From the NCBI GenBank assembly GCA_013239625.1, contig MU056050.1, positions 7,083,838-7,147,837 on the forward strand: a stretch of 64,000 nt of DNA, given 5' to 3'. This DNA comes from Lama guanicoe. Lineage: Eukaryota. The position numbers were made by a program, and so were the translations under genes. Shown in pieces: positions 50,611-64,000 of the stretch. Under the pieces are notes generated by a model that was not told the origin of the DNA, ran no database searches, and worked only from the letters and a program-made list of their open reading frames with translations. Numbering within the stretch: position 1 is the stretch's first letter; every line of letters begins with the position of its first letter.

Positions 50611-52449
50611 TGGTTAAGCAGCCCCTCTTTTGTTTTCCAAAGGACGAAACAGTGGGTGCTTTCTAATCATCCTGTTGGTTCCTATGTTTCCAATATATAT
50701 TCCCAACTGTACATCCCTTATATTTTATGTCATTCATTAGTGCAAAAACTCTCCATGGCTCCCTCTGTTTACCAGGATAAGTAAAAAATGCCTTGGCCTA
50801 GCATCCCAAGATGTCTGCAATTTTCCTGTTCACTGTGTCTTTATACACCTATACTCCAAACAAATTGTATCAAATACCTCTGTATGTGACTCTTCTTAAA
50901 CTTGGATAATATTCACTCTACCCACTGCATATCTTAAACCCAACTTCACAAAAATCCTACCATATTTCAGACTCTCTTCTAGAAGCTGAAAGTTTGTGGA
51001 AAGAAGACAGATATGGTCTCTTTTCTCATGTAACTTATACTCTGGAGAGGAAGACAAAGAACAAATATGATAATTTCAGATGATGATTAAGACTCTGATG
51101 TAACTGAAATAAGGTAATACACAGAGAGTGACTTAGATTGGTGGCCCAGATGCTCTCATTGTTGGGGTGACATTGGAGCAGCTGTGGCTCTCACAACTAT
51201 TTGGGGACATAGGGAAGTATACAGAATATATAATTTGGGTACATGAATGTTATGTGGAAGTACAAAGAATGGATATATAACATGGGCTGGGGTGAGGCAG
51301 AGAAGGTATCCTGGGAAAAATGATATTTAGGCTAAGAGCTAAGGCATAAGTAAGAGTTAGGCCAAAAAAAAAAGGGAGGGTGGCAGGTGGTGAGCACAGA
51401 ACATTTCAGTAAAAGGAGTAGTTTGTATGAATATCCAGAGGAGAGGAAGGGGAGGAAGGGCATGACTCTTGGGGAAACAAAAAGAGTTCAGTAGGTTGAA
51501 AGTTAAATATGAGCATGGAAAGATTAATGGAGAGTTAGGCCAGGTCAGATTGTAAAAGGCTTTGTTAAGTTCTGCTACTAAGGTTGAGGTGATGAGATGG
51601 GTATTATTATCATTATTATCTTCTTTCTATGTAAGGAGACTGAGTCACAGAGAGGGAAAATAATTTTCCTATGGTTTCACAGCTACTAAGTGGCAGAGCT
51701 GAGATTTAAATCCAGGTCTGTTTGATTTTACTATACCATACCACCTTGTAAGAATTCAACTTAATAATTCAGTTCTTCATAGGGAATGCTGAGTAGTCTG
51801 GTTTGGCTAAAACAAATGGTATATAGAGGAAAATAGTGGGTCAGGAAACTGGAAGAGTATAATGAGCCCAGATAATGGGGGTGGTGCATAAATGCCCAAC
51901 TAAGGAATCCATGCTTAATTATTTTGATTTTACAGGTGAGGAAACTGAAATTCAAAATGTTAAGAAACTTGCCCATAGTTTCAAGGTCAGTAAGTGATAT
52001 AACTAGAATTGAACTGAAGTTTAACTGGTGCCAGAGTTCAAGGTCTGTACCGTTTTCTCAAAACTGCCTCTTTACTATACCTTCAACTGCTTCCTCTCCG
52101 CTGGCTCTACCAACTCAGCTTTCAAAAAAAAATCTCCACCTATTTTTAATAGTTACTATGTGCCACAAACTCTACAACCTGCTCTGCATTCAGTAGCTCA
52201 TTTATTCCTTCCAGACATGCTGTAAAGGAGAGCACTATATTTATCCTTATTTTATAAATTAGGAAACTGTGTCTCAGAGAGGTAAAGTAACATGCTTAAA
52301 GTTGTATTGTGAGTATATTGCATAGCTGTGTACACAGGATGATGGTTGAAGCTCCAGGAGTAGATGTGGTCACCAAGAAGGAGAATGAGGGAGGACAGAA
52401 AGAGAGAGAGAAATAGGAGAGGAGAGGCTAGGGAAAGGGAAGTGAAGGT

Positions 52450-52678
52450 GCATTAGTTGGCTAGGGCTGCTATAACAAAATACCATAGACTGGGAGGCTT
52501 AAACAACAGGAAGGTGGTTCTTAAAGTTCTGGAGGCTGGGAGTCCAAGATCAAGGTGCTGGCAGATTTGATTCTCTGGTGAGGACTCTCTTCCTGGCTTT
52601 TGGAAGGCTGCCTTCTTGCTGTCTGTGATGGGAGAGAGAGAGAGAAAATGAGAGGGAGAGGGAGGAAGAGGGAGAGAA

Positions 52679-52709
<31 letters not shown>

Positions 52710-52875
52710 CGGAGACAAAAAGCTTATAAGGACATTAATTCCATCATGAGGCCCTCACCCTCATGACAGCATCTAACCCTTATTACCCACAAAAGGTCGC
52801 ATCTCCAAAAACCAACACATTGAGGGTTAGGTCTTCAGACATATGAATTTTGAGAGGACACCATTCAGTCTGTAG
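52450..52875 (-). mobile_element. MLT1 (MaLR) LTR with internal GA-rich expansion
   Basis: tgcattagttggctagggctgctataacaaaataccatagactggg...gttctggaggctgggagtccaagatcaaggtgctggcag...accctcatgac...ctaaccc. Confidence 0.88.
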
Positions 52876-53809
52876 CAGAAGGGAAGAGAAGAGAATGAAA
52901 ATACAAATAGAACCTGAGAAAATGTCAACATGAAGAGAGAAGGAGGCAAAAGAGCCAGTGGAGACAGAGACACTGGTCAAAAGAGTGTTGTGTCTGGGAG
53001 GATGAGGCAGGGAAGGGGTTTCTAGGAGGGTGGGACCAAGGGTGTTAAATGCTTCTAAGTCACTGCAGTGGACAAGGTCACATGGAAGTGCCCAAATGTT
53101 GTTTTTGGTCTCTTGGGATGCTTCAGCTAGCACATGGTAGGAACTGAGGTCAGACTGTAGTGGATTAAGATATGAGAGAACAGAGCACAGGTGGATTCTG
53201 AGGTTGAATGGAGACAAGGTAAAGAGGAAGGTCTGATCTCTGGTTGAAGGAAACAAATTTCAGATAGGGGATATTAAATGATTTTGAATGATTGACAGGA
53301 AGGGGGTAGTTGAGGAGAGAGAGGTTTAAACAAATCGGTGAGTGAAGGTGGTAAATCATTAATGGAATGAGTTCCTGGAGGAGCTGAGAGGGGGAAAGGG
53401 ACTGAATAGAGTTGGAGAGCTCAGCTTTGGACAGAAGGATACATGTGGTGCAATGGACATAACACAGGTTTTATAGTATTACAGACTTGGTTCTTGGCTT
53501 GACTATTTACTAACTTTTGACCTTGTTGAAGTCAGTCTCTCTCAGACTGAATCTTCATGATTGTCAAATGGAGGTAATGATATGACCTATTTCTTATGGT
53601 AGTTATAAGAATCCAATGAGATAACAGATGGGAAAGCACCTAGCATAGCGTCTGGCACCTAGGAGTGCTCTATAAACAGACGATGAAGGAAAATGCAGAG
53701 ATATTTGGAGAAGTGAAATTGAGTTAGCACATATGAACTGGGCTCATCATTCAAAAGGTAACCTAAGAAATATTGTTCCTTCCCTTGACTGGGTCCATTA
53801 GTGCCCTCT

Positions 53810-54195
53810 ATGGTAGGTGTTAGTGCTGCTCATTAATATTGCTAGGACTTTTTCTTCTGGGCACAGAGTAGGACTATACTTTCCTCCTCTCTTGAAATTA
53901 GATGTGGCCATATGACTAGCTTTGGTAAGTGGAATTATGAGCTGAAGTGATATGTGTCACTTCTAAGTAGGAGCATTTAATTGTTGGTTCTCAACTCTCC
54001 GCACTGTCAAATAGGGAGGCACTCATTGATAATGTAAGTTCAATGCCTCGCCATCTAATGGAGGACAGCTATCCTAGACAGTCATCCAGATCAGCAGTAG
54101 ACTGAGAGAGAAAGAAACTCATGCTATTTAAACCTACTGAGATCTTGAAATCATTTACTATTGCAGCGTAACTTAGGCTATCTTGATTTATGTGC
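53810..54195. mobile_element. Old MLT1-type LTR
   Basis: cttgaaattagatgtggccatatgactagctttgg...gaagtgatatgtgtcacttc...aaacctactgagatcttga...gcagcgtaacttaggctatcttgat. Confidence 0.7.
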
Positions 54196-56074
54196 CCCAA
54201 AAAGTAAAATCAAAGTGTTCCTTAATTTAATGCCTAATAGTGTCTTTGAGGACACAGTATGAAAAGTGAGGATGAAGTTAATGTGACTGATTTTTAACAA
54301 CTTGCCAGAATTTACAGTCCCCCAAATTAATGTTCTTGCTTTCAAAGTAGTCACTGTGGGATTATATAATAATTTAAGTGATGTTAAAAACTGTTATGAA
54401 ATTACTTTTACAACTCAGCCTCAAAATTGATTAATTTAGCCATTTACTATGTGCCGGGCATTGGGGAGACAGAGATGAAAAGACAAGTTCTTTCCCCTTC
54501 AGGAGCTCATAGTGTTGTAGCAGGAAATATGTTAAGTGTTCTGAAGTGTTGCAATGCATGGTGGGGCCATGGATGAGGAGGTGGTCAGTTATACCAGAGA
54601 AATTCAAGGAAGGCTTCATAAATGAGAGATGACTAGCTGTTCACTAGCCAGATAGGTTGGGGTGGAAGTGAGTTTATTCCAGGCAGAGAGACAACAGGCC
54701 AAAGGCTTGGAAGTTTGAAGTAGCATGGCACAATTGGATAAGTGCAAATGCTTCTGTATGCCTGGAGCCTTGTGCGAGGGAATGCTGGAAGACGTGAGGC
54801 TGGAGAACAGGTATGAGACAGATCATGGAGGACCGTCCATTGTGCTAGTGAGGATTATAGTATAGGCAGTGTGTTCCTGGGGCCAGTGGTTCAAAATTCT
54901 CTTCTGCAGAAGAAAAAAGATAATGACACCAGTACTGGTTTATCGGGAAATTGATGATGGCTTCCAAATGCCTCAAAGTTTCTAAAAACATTACCTTGAT
55001 ATTTGTCTCCTTAGGTTTCTGATAAGTACAAGCCTCTCTACTTCCTTAATGGCCTCTATTCTGCTTTCACAATTTGACCCTTTTTTTTGGCATTATGTTT
55101 AATCTTACCCAATTTCAAATTATTTGGCAAGTAGGTATGAATCTCAAATCAGAATATCTTAGAAACATTGAAGTCTAGAGGTGGAAGAGTCCTTTGCATT
55201 TAACTGAGGGCAAAGTGTATGGACATGGGTAGAGCCCATTCTTACAGGTGGGACTTGGACCTTAGGTCCTCCTGAATATTTGCTCATGCTTTACTTTCCC
55301 CATGTTTTATGTATGCGAGAAGGTGAGATGAGGGACAGTTTGGAAAGCCACCTAAAACACGATGCTGTTATCTCAGATCTCTGATTCTAGGAATCCAGTT
55401 CTCATATACTTCATGGAGCAGCCAACTGCAAATGTCCAAATTTAATTTCAGTTCAGTCCTTCTAGTTTTGACTAGTCTTTCTCCTTAAACCTTACATAAG
55501 ATGCTTGTTTCCCTTCCTTTTGTATTTTACAGAGTTTATTCGAAGTTCTTGTCTTGCACTATACTTTAGGATGAGCAAAATGTCCTTGATATTTCAGGAA
55601 GAGTAGTAATTTCTAGGAATCAACTTATGTATGTATTGGGTCAAATGTCAATGTCCAAATCTTAGTGAAAAATGTCAAAAGATTTTCCATTTGCACATAT
55701 AACAAAAACATTGCAGTTATCAGTGGCTGCTTGGAGACCCAATAGAAGAGTTGAGTAAACATTTTGCAATATCTGATACTGGTACATGTTATTTATAAAT
55801 CAATATCTATAGTTCAAGTGTCATGTGATAAGGAAGGGGCAATGTCCTATTAAAAGTTTCACTGTAAAGATGAAATGGTAATGTAAGTTCTCATCTTCAG
55901 AATTAGAATTGGAAAAATAAACTATAAAAATTTTAATAAAGAATGTTCTGTTCCCAGTGATGGTCAGTGCAGTACTCTTTAAAATTCAAAAAATTTGGAA
56001 GCAAGCTAAATGGCATACCATAGGAGATTTGAGTAATTCATAGTGCAATGATAGAATGAAATATTATATAGCTA

Positions 56075-56612
56075 TGGTTGGCAGAATGCTAAGATGGCCT
56101 CCAAGTTTCCATTAATGGTGTACATACATGGCATAATCCCCTCCCCTAAAGTGTGGATAAGAAAATGAATATGATGGGATAATTTCTCCTTTGATTAGGT
56201 TATGTTACATGTCAAAGTTGTTGAGATAGTCAATCCTGTGATTATATTGCAGCAGACTGGATAGAGACTCTCTTGTATCTTTTGAAGAAGTTGTTATGTC
56301 ATGAGAGGACCATGTGCTAGGATGCGAGAGTGGCCTGTAAGAGCTAAGAGCAACCCTTGCCAGATAGTTAACAAGAAAATAAACCACAAGGAACTGAATT
56401 CTGCCACAGACCTGAATGAACTTGGAAGAGGACCCTGGTCTTAGATGAGATCACAGCCCCAGCTGACACCTTGATTTCAACCTGGGGAGACCCTGAGTCT
56501 AGCTAACCCATGCCTGGAATCCTGATCCATGGAAAGTGTGGGATAACAAATGTGTGTTTTAAACCACTAATTTTTGTGTGATTTGTTTTTTCAGCAATAG
56601 AAAACTAATACA
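56075..56612 (+). mobile_element. MLT1 (MaLR) LTR
   Basis: ggcagaatgctaagatggcctcca...ccacaaggaactgaattctgcca...cagctgacaccttgatttc...cagcaatagaaaactaataca. Confidence 0.85.
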
Positions 56613-57724
56613 ATGGCCATTTAAAATATATTTATGAAAATTTATTCAATGATTTTTGAAGCTACTTACAAGATTAAAAATAAAGATATAAAATTTTATA
56701 TGCAATGTGTCCTTAGGGTCCCCAAGGAAAATATACAGACAAAAGACTGGAAAGAAATATTCTAGTATGTCAAAAGTGGTTGTCACTGGCATTTTGGGTG
56801 ATTTCTTCTGCTTTTTTTTTTACATGTTTCTATATACATTTTCTTGATGAAAATGGATTCATTTGATAAGCAGAAATTATTAAGTATAGCCTCAGAAAAA
56901 GAAAAATACAGGTATTGAAAATATAAAATTATTGAATAAAAATGTGCTTTTATTAGAGATGTTTGTCACTGTAATTTTGCTTGTATGAATATAAACTAAT
57001 CACTCAAAACATATTTCCTATTTATGTCCAGTAAAATGCCTAGAACAATGATACCCCAATATCAATGAACACATCTAACACTCAGATGTTGGTTTCTAAA
57101 TACTATTTTCTACTAAAAGAAAACAAAAGCTGTTTACAAAAATGGCTGATTTCAAGTCTAGGGCAGGAAAAGTACAAAGTGAGCCTGGTACATTCTGTTG
57201 TGCTAGAAAGCAACAAAGTACTCAAAGAGTAATGGGGTCATATCAAAATACCATAGGAGACAGCTTGAAGGGGAACCCTCTGGTCAACCTTGGGACAATC
57301 CGAGTGTAAAAAGAATGATTATAATTGTTGATAATGCATTTATTCTTCTAAAAAAATCTGTGAGTCCATTGTTATATTTATATCTAAATCTACCTATTTA
57401 ACTATCATCTAAAAGAACAGCAGAAAAAGAAAAGCTCTTCTTCATAGTAGAGTGTCAAAGAATGATAGAATTAGGAATATCATCATTTTAAAACAATGTA
57501 ATAATTGCTGACAGAATCATGTGGAGATCATCAGTGTATCTGAGAACCACTGGATAAAAGATTGTTGGGGAAAATCATATTCACACAGTGCTGAAGGATC
57601 ACCCCACAGTTTACTTAGTAATTACAAAAGGAAAACTGTATCTTAATGACAGAGAGCTATCTGGAGGTCACCACCGTAACCTGAAAATCAAATAATAGTG
57701 GGATGACCTGATGTTGTGTGCTTC

Positions 57725-58855
57725 TATTATGGACTAGATGTTTGTGTCTTTCCTCCTCAGATTTATATGTTGAAATCCTAACCTCCAAAGTGATGGTATT
57801 AGGAAGTGGGATGTTTAGGGTGATTAGATCATGAGGGTAGCACCCTCATGAATGGAATTAATGCCCTAATAAAAGAGACCCCAGAGAGCTGTCTTGCCCA
57901 TTCTGCCATGTGGGGACACAGCGAGAAGACAGTCACCTATGAACAAGGAGGTGAATATACACAAGACAATGAATCTGCAGGCACCTTGATCTTGGACTTC
58001 CCAGCCTTCAGAACTGTGAGAAATCAATGTTTGTTGTTTAAGTCTGTGGTATTTTTGTTATAGCAGCCTGAATGGCCTAGGATAGAAATTGATACTGAGA
58101 AGCAGGGTGCTGCTGTAATAAATGCCAAAAAGTGTAGAAGCAGCTTTGGAATTGGGATTATTCTTAAGCTTTAAGGTTTTAGAGAATTTGTCCTGATAGG
58201 TTTTGGACTTACTTGGGACCTGTTACTGCTTATTTCTTGTTTATTTGTCTCTTAGTAGGAATGTCTACGTTTTGCCTGTCCCACCACTGCATTTTGGAAG
58301 CACATAACTTGTCTTGTTTCATAAGTTCACAGCTGGAAAGAAATTTGCCTCAGGATGAATCATACCTCGAGTCTCACCTACATCTGATTTAGATGATATT
58401 TAGATGAGACTTTGGACTTAGACTTTGGAGTTGATACTGGATCCAGTTAAGACTTTTAGAGCTGTTGGATGAAATGAATGTATTTTGCATGCACGAAGGA
58501 CATGAATTTTGGGGAGCCACAATGTTATGGGCTGAATGTTGAAATCCTAACCCCCAATGTGATGTTATGAGGAGGTGGGGCCTTTGGGAGGTGGTTAGGT
58601 CATAAGAGTGAAGCCCTCATGAATGGTATTAATGCCCTTATAAAAAAGACCTCAGAGAATTCTCTCCCCCCTTCCACTGTGAGGACACAGTGAGAAGACA
58701 GCTATCTATGAACGAGGAAGCAGGTTCTCACCAGACACCAAATCTGCCAGCGCCTTGACCTTAGACTTTCCAGCCTCCTGGTTGTGAGAAATATTTGTTT
58801 TTAAAGCCATCCAGACTATGGTATTTCTTAAACAGCAATCTGAATGGACTGATAT
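57725..58855 (+). mobile_element. MLT1A-like MaLR: LTR - short internal region - LTR
   Basis: Two similar LTRs (~57725-58085 and ~58522-58855; both have tgttgaaatcctaacc...ccctcatgaatgg..ttaatgccct..taaaa.agacc...gagaagacag) flank ~440 bp of MaLR-internal-like sequence. Confidence 0.82.
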
Positions 58856-58957
58856 ATTCACCTTATGTGATGCAATATGAAGTACACAATGCTACCAGTG
58901 AAGTTTTCTTGCCTAAAAAGCAATGTTTAATCTGAGTCTAGTCAAGTCTCTATAAAT

Positions 58958-59265
58958 GCTGTCCAAATGAGATATAATGCATGCCACATATATCATTTTA
59001 AATTTTTAGTAGCCATATTAAAGTAAAAATAAGTAGATATTAATGTTAATATATTTCACTTAACCAAATATATCCAAAGTATTATTTCAGCATGAAATCA
59101 ATATAAAATTATTAATGAGATGGTTTGACATTCTTTTTTTTTAAACAATGTCCTCAATTTCTATTGTGTACTTCATACATACAGTGCATTTCATTTTAGT
59201 CTAACCACATTGCAAACACTCAGTAGTCACACGTGGCTAGTGGGTAACATATTGGACAGCATAGC
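58958..59265. mobile_element. MER3/MER33-like hAT-Charlie element
   Basis: Inverted ends GCTGTCCAA...TTGGACAGC; ttttaaatttttagtagccatatt...tcagtagtcacacgtggctagtgg. Confidence 0.82.
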
Positions 59266-59454
59266 TCAAGATCTAGCTTCATGTCTATAAGAAATTCAGG
59301 GAATAGAGGGGCAAGTTAAAGCCATCAGAAGTAAACAATCAAATAAATCCAGAATGTGGGACATTCTGTAAGAAAATGTGCCTGAATTCCACAAAAAGTG
59401 AATGTTATGGAGAAAAAGGTTAAGGAAATGTTCTTGATTAAGAGACTAAAGAGG

Positions 59455-59617
59455 TACATACTATGTATAAAATAAATAAGCTACAAGGATATATTGTACA
59501 ACACAAGGAATATAGTCAATATTTTATAATAACTATAAATGGACTATAACCTTTAAAATTGTGAATTGCTATGTTGTACACCTGAAATATTGTACATCAG
59601 CTATACTCAATAAAAAA
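59455..59617 (+). mobile_element. Short L1 3' end with TSD, within older L1MC-like 3' remnants (~56990-60010)
   Basis: ataagctacaaggatatattgtacaacacaaggaatatag...aataaaaaa. Flanking AGAG(A/G)CTAAAGA repeats. Confidence 0.82.
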
Positions 59618-60499
59618 GAGGCTAAAGAAATACAAAACCAAATGCAATTCAAAAACTTTGATTGCATTGTATTTGTACAAAAACTATAAATATTTTTGGG
59701 GACGATTGGGGAAATTTTAATGTGAACTGGATATTAGATGTTACTAGAGAATTATTGTTAATTGTCTTGGGTATAATAATATTGTGGTTATGTGGGAGAA
59801 TGTTTTTATTCTTAGGAGATGGATGCTGAAAAATTTAGGGGTGAACTCTCATGATCCCTGAAACTTTCAAGTGGTTCAGCAAGAAAATAGATGTTCATTT
59901 ACTATCTATCTATCTAAAGCAAATGTGACAAAATGTTAAAAAAAATGTAGGTAGAGGGTATATGGCTATGTATTGTATAATTCTTTAACTTTTTTATTTG
60001 AATTCTTCTTTTAATTGTGAGAAAACTGTTCTACAAAGGAACTTCTGGACTAAAGGACTCCACCACATATTCAAAAAACCTAGTTGTGTATGCAAGTAAA
60101 TAATTTTCTAAGTAACTTTTGAACATAGTACTTTGTAAATACTTAGTGAGATTAGTGAGATATATTCTAAGAAAAAAGAACTACAAAGACATCTTAGTTT
60201 TCCTCATTAGATTTATTTTTAACACTATTTCAATTTGAAACACTTTTATGAGTATCATAAGATAAAGCAAATAAGTATGCTAATATTATCAGGACCTGAG
60301 GGTTTCACTGTAAAGGCGTCAGAAATATGTTATGTTGAGGGGAGTTACCCATTGGTTCTTGAGATTCACAGTGGTTTCCAGGTGAGCTCTTATCACCTGC
60401 TTTGGTGCCGCAGGCTGAAAGCTGGCAGCAGCTTCCCTGACCTTTGTCCCCCTAGTCTTTTCCAAAAGATCTCTGTTTCCTTGTATTAAAAATCATCAT

Positions 60500-61233
60500 T
60501 TTTCTTTCTCTTTCTGGCTTACTTCACTTAGAATGACATTCTCCAGGAGCATCCATGTTGCTGCAAATGGCATTATGTTGTCAGTTTTTATGGCTGAGTA
60601 GTATTCCATTGTATAAATATACCACCACTTCTTTATCCAGTCACCTGTTGATGGACATTTAGGCTGTTTCCATGTTTTCGTTATTGTAAATAGTGCTGCT
60701 ATGAACATTGGGGTGCAAGTGTCATCGTGGAGTAGATTTCCTTCTGGGTATAAGCCCAGGAGTGGGATTCCTGGGTCATATGGTAAGTCTATTCCTAGTC
60801 TTTTGAGGAATCTCCACACTGTTTTCCATAGTGGCTGTACCAAAGCAGATTGCTCATATGTGGAATCTAAAAAACAAAAACAAAAACAAACAAACAAACA
60901 AAAACAAAGCATAAATACAGGACAGAAATAGACTCACAGACAGAGAATACAGACTTGTGGTTGCCAGGGGGGTGGAGGGTGGGAAGGGATAGACTGGGAT
61001 TTCAAAATTGTAGAATAGATAAACAAGATTACACTGTATAGCACAGGGAAATATACACAAAATGTTATGATAACTCACAGAGAAAAAAATGTGACAATGA
61101 GTGTGTATATGTCTATGAATGACTGAAAAATTGTGCTGAACACTGGAATTTGACACAACATTGTAAAATGATTATAAATCAATAAAAAATGTTAAAAAAA
61201 TAAAAAGAGGGAAGTAGATTTGATAACTTTAAA
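60500..61233 (+). mobile_element. Young 5'-inverted L1 with short 3' transduction
   Basis: Antisense 60500-60844 and sense ~60847-61206. TSD AAAAATC(A/G)TCAT at 60488-60499 and 61234-61245. Confidence 0.9.
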
Positions 61234-62704
61234 AAAAATCGTCATACTTGGTGTACACAGAGTGACTTCTGTTTTCCTTATTTAGCCCTGATTAATATAA
61301 GGCGGCTATTTTACAGTATCAGCAAATGCTCTCTCAGGCCTAAAGTGGCTGGTGTTCTGATACTCAGTTTACTTCTCTGGGGTCAGGCGTTCTCCTGAAA
61401 ATATGATCTGGCAGTTCTCACAAAATCTTTCAATCATGTAAATATTTTTAAGGGAAAGTTTTTGTATATTATCCAGCATTTCTCTTGTTTTTCACAGAAG
61501 GAGACTAAAGTTTCCAGAAGCTTTTGAACTTAATAAAAGGAGGCCCCTACAGGGCTATGCTGATAGAAAAAATTGGGGGCACCCTGGTAAACAAATGGAG
61601 GGGATGTATTTAAAGCAAATGGGCTTTTCAATCTCTCCACTTAAACCATTTATGCAACTCTTTGATCCAGGTTGCTGGCCCTTCTCATTATGCCTTTAAA
61701 AATCCATCAACGTATCGATTTTTTGCACTTACAAACTATACCAATGATAGATGTAAAAACCACAACTATAACAGTAGTGCCTGCTTTTGGGTCATGGTGT
61801 CTTTTGGAAATATAATGAAAGCACATACACACAAAACTGAGCATACAATTTTAGTGGGTTCATAGACCCTCCCTGAAGCCCATCAATGAGTCCCAGGTTA
61901 AAGGTTGTCATGTAGAAAGTATCTAGGCCACTCAACTCTGGAAACCAGCAAGCCTACAGGAAAAGAACTGAAAGAAATGGGCTAACTTGTTTTATAAACT
62001 TATTAGGCCACAGAGGGCATTGCAGCCCAGCGGTGCTCAGGCTCCTACAGTTTTGGATTGAGCAAAATTGCCTTCTTCCTGCTGCATAAACACTTGAGAA
62101 ACACAGAGTAAGTTGATGTGGCACTAGCCTAAAAGAACTGTTTCCTGTTGAATTTACTTTCTTGGATATTGAAGATGAGAAGAACAGAGTGTGAAATTGA
62201 GCTTGTTCACATGAGCAGTTCCTGAAATTCCAAGCAGGTTGGAAGTTAATTCTTTAGCTGTAGAATTCTCTCTTTGCATCCCTCCTCTTTTTAACAAGGG
62301 AATGAGCTGAAATTCAGAAATTCTATTTCTGAATAAAATGAATGATGACTCCCCCTTTAAACTTTCTCTCCCCTACATCTGGGATCTTATGAATTATAAT
62401 CTTTGAAAAATGGAGGCTTCAAATCCAACCTGGTATTCTTCCCTCTAATATTGTATTAGAAAGAGTTCAGGAGAGACGATGAGAAGATTTTATTGTTGGT
62501 AATTCACAATGAGTCTCTTCAAATAATGATTTGGGTGAAGATCCAAAAATTAGGATGAGATGATCATTTTAGGCTGAATGAATACTATTTTAAAACCTAT
62601 TTTCTCATCTGTCTTAATTCTACCATTCAGTCTTTTCACATAAAATATGCTCACTGTAGAAAATTTAGAGGATGCTACTAAATGAAAAGAAATAGGAAGA
62701 CACA

Positions 62705-63815
62705 AGTAGTTAATAGCAACTACCATTTATTGAGCACTTACTATGTCCTTATATACTATCTCATTTAATTCTCTAAATAGTCTTAGTACTCTTATTATTC
62801 CCATTTTACAGATGTAGAAATTGGGGTCCAAGATCACACAGTTAAGAGGTGGTGGAATTGAGGTATGAACACAGGCAGTCTGAGTCTAGAGCCCAATTTC
62901 TTTACTAGTGTGCTTTTATACTTCTTTCTCAAGTGCCGTTATTTACAGAAGCAACTTAATACAGAGGAATTAGTCAAGGACCTTGAGTTTAGCTATGGTT
63001 TAGCCATTAATTAGCCATTAGAGCTTAGGTATCTCATCCAATCTCTTCCTGCCACAATTTTAATGGCTCTCAATTGCCTTTAGTATAAAAATCAAAGTTC
63101 TTTATTTTAGCATTCAAGGCCTCTATTCAGTTCTGGATTGTTCACTATTTTTGAATACCAGACTCACTTGAACCTTCCTGTCTTTATTAACATTTTAGGG
63201 TGAATTTGCTTGTATCCTGAATCATCCCTAACCAAGCTATACTCTCTATCCATATCTAAGCTCATTAATCATTCGTAAAATTTATTGATTGAGTACCTTC
63301 CAAATTCTAGGCATTGGGCTAACTACTAGAAATATGACAGTAAATAAGATAGCCAACATCCCAGGCCTCTAAGACTTTACAGTCTGGAATGAGAAACAGA
63401 GACTAAATGACTTTAAAAAAATAATTAAAACTTCAAATTATAATTAAGTGTCATTAAGGAAAATATTGACAGAGGAGCCTACCTTGGTGGGATGGTCAAG
63501 AAAGGTCTTTCTGCACAGCTGACGTTTAAGTTGACATATATAAAGAATGAGAAGGAGCCAGCACTGTTATGCTTTGAAAGAAGAGCATTCTAGAAGAAAC
63601 AGCACATGTAAAGCCCTGAGGTAGGAATGGGTTGGTTATGTGTCGTGGAACAGAAAGAAGGCCAGTGTGGCTAGAGCAGAGTGAACAAGGGGAAGAATGA
63701 AACAAAATAAGGCTGGAGAGTAATGCAGAGAGTTCGTGCAAGGTATTGTAGGCAAAGGCAAGTAGTTTTTTAAAAAAAATGAAATCAAAAGCCATTAAAA
63801 GGTTATAAATAGAGG
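62705..63815. mobile_element. MIR and L2 fragments
   Basis: accatttattgagcacttactatgt...cccattttacagatgtagaaattg (MIR); tttattgattgagtacc...gaagagcattctag...acagaaagaaggccagtgtggctagagcagagtga (L2). Confidence 0.75.
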
Positions 63816-63818
63816 AAT

Positions 63819-64000
63819 TGTCAGTGATTAAGTTCTTGTCTTGTTACAGAAAGAATTCACAGATGAGACACGGAGGTTAAGAAAGTAAAGTGGGGATTTA
63901 TTAAGGGATGGATAGTACTCTCTCAAGGGGAGAGTGGGCAGGCTCAGGTGAGCGGCTGCCCTGAGTTTCTTTGGCAAGTTAGTTACATAGGGTGCAAAAA
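63819..64000 (-). mobile_element. ERV LTR, truncated by window end
   Basis: Begins with TG and interrupts L2. aagttcttgtcttgttacagaaagaattc...gtaaagtggggatttattaag (minus-strand AATAAA) is typical of ERV1-type LTR U5/R read antisense. Confidence 0.65.

Noticed and set aside
53799..53818. Second CTCF-like motif (minus strand ACCATAGAGGGCACT)
   Set aside because: Only the 3' half matches and the CCAC half is out of register; it lies at the edge of an old LTR.
25708..61156. Repeated ORFs such as [35 protein letters not shown]
   Set aside because: C-terminal fragments of L1 ORF2 in 5'-truncated copies; no full-length ORF1 or ORF2.

Overview
Mammalian genomic DNA, most likely camelid (alpaca/llama/camel), inferred from the tRNA-derived SINE and young L1 3' ends. 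The only gene-like structure I can support is a minus-strand, multi-exon FSIP2-like (fibrous sheath-interacting protein 2 paralogue, FSIP2L-type) locus. Its exons 1-8 (17797 to 10565) match the N-terminus of FSIP2 (compared from memory), and it sits behind an intact CpG-island promoter (about 17.4-18.1 kb). It carries six apparent disabling lesions, all in exons 1-4: ATG->TTG, +1 and -1 indels, an in-frame TAA, a GT->AT donor and a 4-bp duplication. Five of the six have a visible potential work-around, and exons 5-8 are a clean open frame. Downstream of exon 8 is a 5.7-kb strand-asymmetric pyrimidine-rich degenerate tandem array with a recurring TTACTGG core. The remaining ~46 kb is repeat-dense intergenic DNA: nested L1s with TSDs, 5'-inverted L1s, one short 3' transduction, MaLR/ERV LTRs, MIR/L2/MER fragments, a CTCF motif, and a duplication around an N-gap that is probably an assembly artefact. 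No intact protein-coding gene, RNA gene or CRISPR array is supported. Repeat subfamily names are by eye and their boundaries are approximate unless TSDs are quoted.
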